Assembly: GCA_963648085.1 (NCBI GenBank)
Contig: CAVJDC010000001.1
Location: forward strand, 1 to 53,524
Length of the DNA stretch: 53,524 bases
Reading direction: 5' to 3'
Source of the DNA: Anaerovoracaceae bacterium
GTDB lineage: Bacteria > Bacillota > Clostridia > Peptostreptococcales > Anaerovoracaceae
Each line of letters begins with the position of its first letter. Within the stretch, counting starts at the first letter, position 1. The notes under the pieces are model-generated. The model saw only the letters and a program-made list of their open reading frames with translations. It did not search any database and was not told the origin of the DNA. Below, piece after piece: positions 34,379 to 43,300 of this stretch. The translations under genes and the position numbers were made by a program.

Positions 34379-37300
34379 ATGAAAGTAAACCTACGAAAGA
34401 TGCTGGCATTGGTTCTTTGCTTTGCGATGGCTTTCTCACTTTGCAGTGGGCTTGTTGTCTCGAATGCTGCTGCTGAGAGAAAAACGATCAGCACTACGTA
34501 TATGAACTGTGGTGTAAATAAGCATCTAAAGACTGAGATATCGGCAAACTTTATCGGAGATTATCAGATTTCAGGCAGTTTGTCCACAAAGGAAAGCAGA
34601 GAGGATTGCGTGGATGAAAATAAGGACGGCATGTGTGACATCTGCAATACAGCTTTATCTTCGGAAGAAAATCCTCAATTCAAATATGTTTTCAGTCTCG
34701 AGTATGATGAGGATGATGACTCTCTCGTAAAGATTACGGTATCTATTGTACGGACAGATATTCAGGACGGAGCAACTTATCTTATAAGAGGCATAGACTT
34801 CACATCAAGATTCGGCGAGGGTCTTTCACCTGTATATACTTCAAGTGACAAGAAAGATTCCGAATTTGCGGAGGTACTCATTCCTAGTGCATATATGGAA
34901 AACAATGTAGAAGTTCCTATTACCGTAAATGAAGGAAAAGGCGACAAATCAGGAAATCTGAAATATCAGGCAAAGAATCCGGATACTTTGTCTAACCCTG
35001 ATGTAAATCAATATCTGCAGCTGACTTTTGATAATCTTGAACAAATGCAGCGAGGCGGCGGCTATATCACGATGAACAAAGAGCAGCCTATTTACTCCTT
35101 CAAGATAAAAAAAGATGACCTTTCAAACGGCCTAAAGAATATGGACGTCTATAAAGAAAAATTTCTGATATATCTGCCTCTTGACGGAACAAAATATACT
35201 GGCGATGGTGAAGATATCGACCTTGCTACGCCAAAGCTGATATATGATCCAAATGGCACTGTCCTGACATATAAAAATATGTCATATGGGAAAAATTGCC
35301 CGGAATCAGTATATATGGAAGAATATCCGAAAGTGGATGGTAAGTATCAGGAAGTCACGAGCCTCATTTCGTCAAACAATATGGTCACTCCTACCGGTTA
35401 TACTTTTGACGGATGGCATGTGAAGACTTCTACTGGCATGACAGAAGCTAAGCTCGATATTTCACGCAAAAATCCACTCGTCATGAATACGACCTGGTAT
35501 CTCATCGCAAAATGGGAGCCTATCAAATATACAGCTACATATGTAAATAAATATGGCACGGAGGTTCCTACAGATAATCCTATATATCTCACTGTAGAAG
35601 ATCCAACTATTGATGATGATAAGGTACCGGATGTTCCGACGATAAATGGTTATACGGGGAAATGGCAGGACAATCCATTTGATCCTTCAAAGCCGTCAAA
35701 TGTAATTATCAAACCAGAATATACGCCTATAGAATATACGATAACATATGATGCTGCGGGAGGCACTATTGTCGAGGGCAATGATTCTCCTCAGTCTTAT
35801 ACTGTTGAAGATAAGATTACCCTCAGGACTGCTGCCCGCAAGGGATATACCTTCAAGGGATGGACCGTGGAAGGTTCTTCTGTCCAGCAGACAGGTGCTA
35901 GACTTGACAACTGGGGAAATACGATTTCTAAGTCCACGACTACAGTAGGTCCAAGCAAGTATGGCAATGTAAAGCTTACTGCGATATGGGAAAAAAATAG
36001 TTATACAGTTACATGGAAAGGCGGAAATAAGGGCACGGTAAAGAATACTTCCGGCAAGATGGTAACATCCTTTACACAGACTGTTCCTTATGGAGAGACG
36101 CTGGTATTTCCGGACGCTGCAAGAGCAGAAGCCAAGATTGATGGTTGGAGTGTCGATGACAGCGGAGATAAAGAACTTGACGCCGATGGCAAGGGAATAC
36201 AGACAGAGACAGCAGGAGGAGTTAATGTCATAAAAGGACAGCTGCCTGCTATGCCTGATGCAAATATTACTATTACAGTAATCTGGGATGCGACAAGATA
36301 TCCTCTTACTGTAAATTATGTAATGTCAGACAAATCTACAGTTCCTGCCAAGGACAAGGACGGGAATGATGTTAAAAGCGGTGAAGCAATCACTTATGAA
36401 TATGAGCAGGAATATTCTATAAAAACGCCTCAGTTTACTGGTTATACCGCAAGCCGCACATATATAAATGGCACGATGCCTGCAGAGCCAAAGACTGAAG
36501 TTGTCACTTATACTCCAAATAATCACAAGATAGAATGGAATGCAGATGGCGGCAAGGTAAATGATAAAAATAATAATAATAATCCAGTTTCTTCTTACTC
36601 AGAGTCAGTAGTCTATGGCCAGGATCTTGGTAAAATAACTACTCCTTCTGACCCTGTAAGAGATGGTTATACTTTTGATGGCTGGACTGCTAAGGATGGC
36701 GACAAGGAGATAACTCCTAAGGATCTGCTTAAGAACGGATCGAAGATGCCAGACAAGGATTACACATTCACTGCTAAGTGGAAAGCTATCCCATATACCA
36801 TAGCACTGAATCTTAATGGCGGAGAGTTAGATGACGATGCATGGACTGTATATAAGGATGGAGATCCTGTTCGTGATGAGCTTGTAGACGGAGAATCGAA
36901 TGAGCTTGCACCTATAGAATATTGGATGAACTATAGTGCAGATTCTACTGAGAAGCTTCCGACTGCTGCTCGCAGTGGATATTCGCTTAAAGGATGGAAG
37001 GTCACTGTAGTGCTTCCTGACAGGCAGACTGCAGTGCCAAGCTGGATATTGGGCAAGACTTATTCGAAGAATTATTCTTTAAATGGAACTTATGGATATG
37101 TAAGACTCGATGCTGTATGGGGTTCAGGAAGCAGCAGCAGATCTGATTCAAATACTACTCCAGATAAAGATACGGATACGGATACGGATCCGACTGAACC
37201 AGACAAAAAGACAGATATTTTAGATACAGCAAATCATTATTCATATCTCTGCGGATATGACAAGAATAAAGATGGCATAGCTGAAGTGATCCAGCCGGAG

Positions 37301-37933
37301 AAGTCTATTACCAGAGCGGAGATTGCTACAGTATTCTTTAGACTATTAGATGATGACGTTCGCACAAAATATCTCACAAAGACAAATAGTTATTCTGACG
37401 TGGATGCAATCTGGTGGTACAATACAGCAATTTCAACTCTCACAAATGCGGGAATTATCAATGGCTACAAGGATGGAACTTTCCGCCCTCAGACTCCTGT
37501 CACAAGAGCTGAGCTTGCAGTCATGCTCACTAGATTCCTCAAGACAGAGCTTCAGCAGCAAACTGAAGACGCTGGATTTGCGGACGTTTCAGTGACGACT
37601 CACTGGGCATACAAGGAAATCTGTATCGCAGCAAATGCAGGTCTCATTGAAGGATATACAGTAAATGGCACAAAGCTCTTCAAGCCAGAAAAGGATATCA
37701 CAAGAGCAGAGACTGCTACTATGATAAACAGAATCCTTAATAGAAATCCAAAGTCAACTACTGATCTTCTCAAAAGCATGAAGAAATTCTACGACAACAG
37801 CAACACTTCCGCATGGTACTATCTCGCTATGCAGGAAGCTTCAAACAGCCACGACTACGTGCGCGACATATATGGCACAGAGACATGGACTGAGCTGATC
37901 GAAAGCCCAGACTGGCTGGCTTATGAGAAGTAG
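34379..37933 (+). CDS. SLH-anchored surface protein with N-terminal cohesin-like domain and multiple Listeria-Bacteroides-type repeats
   Basis: I chose the ATG at 34379 because SD aaaggag lies 8 nt upstream. Signal peptide: MKVNLRKMLALVLCFAMAFSLCSGLVVSNAAA. Repeats: TGYTFDGWHV, KGYTFKGWTV, DGYTFDGWTA, SGYSLKGWKV. C-terminal SLH repeats: YSDVDAIWWYNTAISTLTNAGIINGYKDGTFRPQ and FADVSVTTHWAYKEICIAANAGLIEGY. Confidence 0.88.
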   Translation: MKVNLRKMLALVLCFAMAFSLCSGLVVSNAAAERKTISTTYMNCGVNKHLKTEISANFIGDYQISGSLSTKESREDCVDENKDGMCDICNTALSSEENPQFKYVFSLEYDEDDDSLVKITVSIVRTDIQDGATYLIRGIDFTSRFGEGLSPVYTSSDKKDSEFAEVLIPSAYMENNVEVPITVNEGKGDKSGNLKYQAKNPDTLSNPDVNQYLQLTFDNLEQMQRGGGYITMNKEQPIYSFKIKKDDLSNGLKNMDVYKEKFLIYLPLDGTKYTGDGEDIDLATPKLIYDPNGTVLTYKNMSYGKNCPESVYMEEYPKVDGKYQEVTSLISSNNMVTPTGYTFDGWHVKTSTGMTEAKLDISRKNPLVMNTTWYLIAKWEPIKYTATYVNKYGTEVPTDNPIYLTVEDPTIDDDKVPDVPTINGYTGKWQDNPFDPSKPSNVIIKPEYTPIEYTITYDAAGGTIVEGNDSPQSYTVEDKITLRTAARKGYTFKGWTVEGSSVQQTGARLDNWGNTISKSTTTVGPSKYGNVKLTAIWEKNSYTVTWKGGNKGTVKNTSGKMVTSFTQTVPYGETLVFPDAARAEAKIDGWSVDDSGDKELDADGKGIQTETAGGVNVIKGQLPAMPDANITITVIWDATRYPLTVNYVMSDKSTVPAKDKDGNDVKSGEAITYEYEQEYSIKTPQFTGYTASRTYINGTMPAEPKTEVVTYTPNNHKIEWNADGGKVNDKNNNNNPVSSYSESVVYGQDLGKITTPSDPVRDGYTFDGWTAKDGDKEITPKDLLKNGSKMPDKDYTFTAKWKAIPYTIALNLNGGELDDDAWTVYKDGDPVRDELVDGESNELAPIEYWMNYSADSTEKLPTAARSGYSLKGWKVTVVLPDRQTAVPSWILGKTYSKNYSLNGTYGYVRLDAVWGSGSSSRSDSNTTPDKDTDTDTDPTEPDKKTDILDTANHYSYLCGYDKNKDGIAEVIQPEKSITRAEIATVFFRLLDDDVRTKYLTKTNSYSDVDAIWWYNTAISTLTNAGIINGYKDGTFRPQTPVTRAELAVMLTRFLKTELQQQTEDAGFADVSVTTHWAYKEICIAANAGLIEGYTVNGTKLFKPEKDITRAETATMINRILNRNPKSTTDLLKSMKKFYDNSNTSAWYYLAMQEASNSHDYVRDIYGTETWTELIESPDWLAYEK

Positions 37934-38028
37934 ATAAGATGCTTCAAAAGAGTGCGCAAGCTCTTGCGCGGCTCTAGTACTCAGTACAGAAAATAGCATC
38001 AGTAAAGAAAATAGCATAAGGCGATATA

Positions 38029-38065
38029 CAAGCCAGCACTCTCAGGGGTGCTGGCTTGTTGTTTT
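38029..38065 (+). terminator. Rho-independent terminator after the 34379 gene
   Basis: An 11-bp perfect stem (caagccagcac / gtgctggcttg) with an 8-nt loop is followed by ttgtttt. Confidence 0.8.
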
Positions 38066-38068
38066 CGG

Positions 38069-38236
38069 GGTGGCGCTGCCGACGAGCACTGCTGGCTGGC
38101 ACCACAGACTAGCGAAAGGGGGTGGCGCTGCCGACGAGCGCTGCTGGCTAGCACCACAGACTAGCGAAAGGGGGTGGCGCTGCTGGCTGGCAAAATCGAG
38201 TGAAATTGCTTGGCTAAAAGCCTGGCGCTGCCGACG
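38069..38236. repeat. Intergenic tandem repeat, 52-bp unit x ~2.5 plus a partial extra copy (ggtggcgctgccgacgagcactgctggctggcaccacagactagcgaaaggg)
   Basis: Unit starts at 38069, 38121 and 38173 give an exact 52-bp period. The third copy carries an internal deletion. A further tggcgctgccgacga fragment lies at 38222-38236. The array is GC-rich. Confidence 0.9.
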
Positions 38237-38346
38237 AAATGATGTATACATTGAAATGTATTTTAAATAGCGAAAAAAACTGTTATAATAGCACAAAGGT
38301 TATTGCGAGAAGATATCTGAGATATTGGAAATATTGATGATTTTGA

Positions 38347-38544
38347 GATATCAAGTATATCAGGCATATCAAGTTATGTCAGGCATATCAAGTTATGTCA
38401 GGCATATCAAGTTATGTTGGGCATATCAAGTTATGTCAGGCATATCAAGTTATGTTGGGCATATCCAAATATGTTAGGGATATCAAGTATATCAGGCATA
38501 TCGGATATACCAACAAGCATATCAAGTATATTTAGGATATCAGG
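38347..38544. repeat. Intergenic tandem repeat, 19-bp unit x ~10 (ggcatatcaagttatgtca), ending 28 bp before the SDR gene start
   Basis: catatcaag cores occur at 38365, 38384, 38403, 38422, 38441 and 38460 (exact 19-bp period). Degenerate copies flank them on both sides at 38347-38364 and 38479-38544. Confidence 0.92.
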
Positions 38545-38572
38545 ATAAGGAGAATACTAGGAGGTATATTAA

Positions 38573-39373
38573 ATGGGAATCTTGACAGGTAAGACAGTTA
38601 TCATAACTGGAGGCGGAAGAGCCGTTCTTTCAAATGGTAAAGCAGGCGCTATAGGATATGGAATAGCTACAGCATATGCGAAGGAAGGTGCAAATGTAGT
38701 TGTTACTGGAAGAAATTTGAAGAAGCTTGAAGAAGCTAAGGAAGAACTCGAGCGTCTGTATGGAACAAAAGTACTTCCGATCCAAGCAAATGTAGCAGCT
38801 GGTGAAGACAATGAAGCTATTGTAAAGAATGTCATAGATACCACAGTTAAGGAATTTGGCGGGATAGATGTATTGATAAATAGTGCTCAGGCATCTGCAT
38901 CTGGAGTTACACTGGCAGATCACACGACAGATCAGTTTAATCTTGCTATTTATTCTGGTCTTTATGCTGCATTTTATTATATGCGTGCATGCTATCCATA
39001 TCTTGCAAAGGCAAAGGGAAGCGTGATAAATTTTGCATCTGGAGCAGGATTATTTGGAAATTATGGTCAGTGTGCATATGCTGCTGCGAAGGAGGGCATA
39101 AGAGGTCTTACTCGTGTGGCAGCGACAGAATGGAGCAAGGATGGCATAAATGTAAATGTTATATGTCCGCTTGCATGGACAGCTCAGCTTGAAAATTTCA
39201 AGAGAGATTATCCTGAAGCATATGAACAGAATGTACATACTCCACCGATGGGTTACTTTGGCGATCCTGAAGAAAGCATCGGCCGCGTATGCGTACAGTT
39301 AGCGACTCCAGACTTCAAGTATATGACTGGAGAGACTATTACTCTCGAAGGCGGACTTGGTCTGCGTCCATAA
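38573..39373 (+). CDS. SDR-family (short-chain dehydrogenase/reductase) oxidoreductase
   Basis: 266 aa with SD aggagg 8 nt upstream. The Gly-rich NAD(P) loop is TGGGRAVLSNGKAGAIGYGIA, which is longer than the canonical TGxxxGIG. Catalytic Ser...YAAAK is present. Confidence 0.92.
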   Translation: MGILTGKTVIITGGGRAVLSNGKAGAIGYGIATAYAKEGANVVVTGRNLKKLEEAKEELERLYGTKVLPIQANVAAGEDNEAIVKNVIDTTVKEFGGIDVLINSAQASASGVTLADHTTDQFNLAIYSGLYAAFYYMRACYPYLAKAKGSVINFASGAGLFGNYGQCAYAAAKEGIRGLTRVAATEWSKDGINVNVICPLAWTAQLENFKRDYPEAYEQNVHTPPMGYFGDPEESIGRVCVQLATPDFKYMTGETITLEGGLGLRP

Positions 39374-39457
39374 GAAAATTTCTGGGTTGTCACAGAGCTG
39401 CGAAAAGCTGCAGAGTTGTGAGAGTCACGAAGTCGTGAAGTGAAACAGAATGATAAA

Positions 39458-39487
39458 ATGCTCGCCCGACATGGGCGGGCATTTTTT
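39458..39487 (+). terminator. Rho-independent terminator after the SDR gene
   Basis: atgctcgccc / gggcgggcat forms a 10-bp stem with one mismatch and a 5-nt loop, followed by ttttt. Confidence 0.65.
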
Positions 39488-39530
39488 ATGGGGAAGGAAA
39501 GCTTTACACATGGAAGCTTCGCGTAAACGC

Positions 39531-39655
39531 AAGGTTTCTTGCGGCGGAAAGTTTCTTGCGGCGGAAAGTTTCCTGCGGTGTAAAGTTTCCGGCATTGACA
39601 TGAAGTTTCCTGCGGTGTAAAGTTTCCGGCATTGACATGAAGTTTCCTGCGGTGA
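39531..39655. repeat. Intergenic compound tandem repeat: 17-bp unit x 3, then 37-bp unit x 2 (aaagtttccggcattgacatgaagtttcctgcggtgt)
   Basis: aa(a/g)gtttc cores occur at 39531, 39548, 39565, 39582, 39603, 39619 and 39640. Each 37-bp unit contains TTGACA (39595-39600 and 39632-39637). Confidence 0.88.
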
Positions 39656-39979
39656 TGATAATACTGATGATAATAATGCAGCGCCTGATAGTTACTGTCT
39701 TTACAGGCATGCGGGTTCATCAAATTGCTGGAATTCTTTTAAATGAATAGTGTTTAGAATGTGTGGCGTCAGGTGTTGTTCATTTTGAAGGAGAAATATG
39801 CAGAGCAAGATGTTTTTTATTATAAATTTCACAAATCTGTAACAATTTAATGATAGAATGAACACAGGTCGGGTTATGAATGCACAGCACCAGACTTTTG
39901 CAAGTTAGCAGTGACAAAGTTGTAAAGTGCTGCTATAACCACTATAAATCGGACAAATAGAGTATTTAGTTGCATTGCG

Positions 39980-40070
39980 GCATTTCGGGCTAGTTACGGA
40001 TAGAAGCTGTGTGCTGCAGCATTTCGAGCTAGTTACGGATAGAAGCTGTGTGCTGCGGCATTTTGAGTCG
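39980..40070. repeat. Intergenic tandem repeat, 39-bp unit x 2.3 (gcatttcgggctagttacggatagaagctgtgtgctgcg)
   Basis: Unit starts at 39980, 40019 and 40058 give an exact 39-bp period. Confidence 0.88.
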
Positions 40071-40293
40071 AGTGCGTCGAAGTACGATATAGATGCAGCT
40101 GATTAAGATTGCGGCATATGATGTAAGGCTTTGAAATGATTGTATACTCAGAGACGTATTGTGGAGCATTGAAGTGATTGAGGGTAAATTGAGTATCTGA
40201 GTGCAAAATGGTAGATTGCGAGCAAAATGCCGACCAAAAAAGTAGGTAAAAGATTGAGATACGAGGACGATGAGGATCGGCTTCGTGTTTTGG

Positions 40294-40377
40294 CATGTCT
40301 AGGATGAGGACATTTTAGAGACATGTCTAAGATGAGGACATTTTAGAGACATGTCTAAGATGAGGACTTTTTAGAGA
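40294..40377. repeat. Tandem repeat, 28-bp unit x 3 (catgtctaagatgaggacattttagaga), abutting the SD of the giant gene
   Basis: Unit starts at 40294, 40322 and 40350. Unit junctions create the perfect 10-bp palindrome AGACATGTCT. The last copy runs into agagaggggaagcag-ATG (40388). Confidence 0.92.
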
Positions 40378-40387
40378 GGGGAAGCAG

Positions 40388-43300
40388 ATGTCAAACTTTT
40401 CAAAAAAGCTTGTAGCATGGGTAACATTTGTATTTATAAGTTTATCGACGGTGGGCAGCATCACAGCTGTTCCTGTTTCGGCAGCTGTAAAGACAGATTC
40501 TGCTTCACATGTAAACTCTAGCAGTTTCACTGCATCGGAGCACAGCGCTAAAGCGAGCGCTGAAAATATCAATGAAGATGATGAGGAAGGTGACGGAGCT
40601 TTCGCCAGACTTGCGGAGTCCAGTCTGAGTGGAAATCTTTCGGAACTTATTCTTGGAGACTACTTTAATCTTACAAATGGAAATGGTGACAAGGACACTT
40701 CGAAGGATAGTGCAGACAAGGCTTCTGTCAAGTCGGACTCGGGCAAGGATTCCGATGTGTCAAGTTCAGATAAAGCTTCTGCACTTAGTGTGAGCGAGGT
40801 TGATGCTGACAGCAGCGAGGGCGATTCTAAGTCTGACAGTGGTAAGGACACTTCCGAGTCTGATCAGAGTGAGAATGATGAGATTGATCAAAGTGAGATT
40901 GAGTTGAAGGAAGATACAGTTGCAAGTGCCCTTAGGAATGGAGATACAGCGGAGGCTATAAGATATTATATTAGCAGCACTACGCCAAAGACATATAATC
41001 TTGATAAAGACACTCATGGTATGATATATGTCAAAAATCCGGAATCTTCCAGAAAAGTTGGGTTCACAAATGCTTTGACTCTTGCCCCTGCGGACTCAAA
41101 AGAAAGCGTTTCGTGCACAAATCTGACTATTCAGAGTATGATTGAAAGCGATGACGAAAATATATGGAAACCGGTGAGACTTACTTTAGAGGGCCTGAAA
41201 ATCACATCGCCGGCTGAAGACTATCCGGATTTGCAGAATGTGAACGAAGGTTCAGATTCTGATGGTGCGCAGACGCAAACCTCTGAGATAGACACTACGG
41301 GATCAGATAGTATATTATATTTCGATACATCGGGATACAAATTCAATAAAAAGCCAGAGGCAAATGAATATACTCAAGATCTCAAGCTGAATTCAAATAT
41401 TGTGCTGAATGTAAATAAGCCTGGACAGACAGGTCTTAGGTCAAGGCAGATGGCATATTATGTTGACTCATCTACAGGGGAAAATATACATATCAGATCC
41501 AAGCTGCGTATTAATAACTATGAGTACAGTAAATACTATTCATTGATAATAAATGCCTCAAATGGTGCGGCAGGCATTGAAGGATTGTATGTCGTATGTG
41601 AATACAATGGCAGGAAGAAAAATATACCTCCAGAGATGAGCGCAGACGGGAAAAATTATGCAGTTGGCCAGGGGGTCATCCTAAGGGCAGATGAGAATTC
41701 TGCGCATCTTTCTACGGAGAGAAATAAAGAAAATCCGGAAGACTCATACTTTATGTTTGATACATCTCAGATGAAGGATGGGGAAGATGCAAAAGAAAAT
41801 CTGGATAAAAATGGAATTTTCGTATCTGTAGATGGCGGAGAAAATACGGAAGTTGCCGGATCGACATATATAAGAGGAGGCTTTAGTGGTAAGTCTACAA
41901 AGCCAATGACCGAATATCAGGATGCAGAAGGAAATGCCGTAAATCCTGTAGTGAGAATTTGGTTGGGCAGCGGTAAGGATCATTATTTCGAAATCAATGG
42001 GGAACTCTTCGAAGTTGCGTGGGATGCAGACAGTGAAAGCTTCAAGATGAAGGATATTTATGAAGTCACAACTGTTGGAAATGATGAAGAAGCATCAAAG
42101 AAAGTGACTTATAGCACGGAGCACTTCAAGGACAAGACTGACGAGGAGGCAAAGTCTGTAAAAGCGACTGAGGGTACTGAAGTAAAGGTAAGAGTCGAGG
42201 CAAAAGCTGATTATTATGTGAAGGGCATAAAGGTTGAAAAGGTAAAGTCAGAGTCGGACGGTGGCGATACAGATGATATTGGCACTGGTGATACAGGATC
42301 AGAAGGCACGGGCAGTGACGGCTCTGAAGGCACTGGCGGAAAGACTGACGGCGAGGGCTCTGAAGGCACTGGTGATACAGGATCAGAAGGCACGGGCAGT
42401 GACGGCTCTGAAGGCACTGGCGGAAAGACTGACGGCGAGGGCTCTGAAGGCACTGGTGATACAGGATCAGAAGGCACGGGCAGTGACGGCTCTGAAGGCA
42501 CTGGCGGAAAGACTGACGGCGAGGGCTCTGAAGGCACTGGTGATACAGGATCAGAAGGCACGGGCAGTGACGGCTCTGAAGGCACTGGCGGTGACGGTGC
42601 AGGTGAAAAGGAATCTCTAGAGGTTGAGGTTACAAAGAGCAATGACAGTACATCGGCTGGAGAAGCTGACGAAAAGAGCGGCCCGAAGTGGGCGGAGTAC
42701 ACTTTCGAGATGCCTGCGGGTGATGTAGAAGTTACACCTATATATGGCGAGAGACAGTCATATAAAATCGGTGCTATTTCCGTAAAGTGCGGGGACAAGT
42801 ATCTCACTGAGGACGATGAGATAGAGGCACAGCTTTCTGCTGTAAGTGTTGAGAGCATCGAAAGAAAGTCAAACGCTGAGGATACAGACTCTGAGAGCGG
42901 TAAGGATGAAGACTCTGAGAGCGGTAAAGATGAGGGCTCTGAAAGCAGTAAGAACACAATCAGGGACTCGGAGGATTCTGCATTCAAGCAGGGAGAAGAC
43001 GTGCTTAAGGAAGGTGATACTGTCACTCTTAAGATAGAACCGAGCCTATTTTGGACGGTCACATCTGCAAAATATACATACAAGGATAAGGACGGAAATA
43101 TACAGGAGCAGGTGCTGACTGGAGAAAATAATAAATATGTGATTACGATGCCAGGCAGTGATATCGACTTTGAGTTTGAATGCTATGAAGCACCAAGCAC
43201 GAAGATTGTCTTTGCAGATGATGTGACGGATCATGACACTGATGCGCCAGATGTGTCATGTGAAAATGGGATAAGCAAACTCAAGAAGAATGGCAAGACG

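Noticed and set aside
9417-37933. Interpretation as a classical cellulosome or amylosome
   Set aside because: None of the cohesin/dockerin proteins shows motifs I can recognise as glycoside hydrolase, carbohydrate esterase, polysaccharide lyase or CBM modules. The call is therefore limited to cohesin-dockerin surface assembly with adhesin-like passengers.
38042-38296. ORFs 38042-38296 (-) and 38070-38270 (+) over the 52-bp array, and 39253-39723 / 39504-39710 (-) over the 17/37-bp array
   Set aside because: They are repeat-generated open frames without an SD. Their translations are reiterated peptides with no protein-like features.
39798-39842. 14-codon mini-ORF (MQSKMFFIINFTNL) with gaaggag 4 nt upstream, as a possible leader peptide of the giant gene
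   Set aside because: The SD spacing is short, it lies 545 bp from the giant gene start, and I could define no attenuator structure. That is insufficient evidence.
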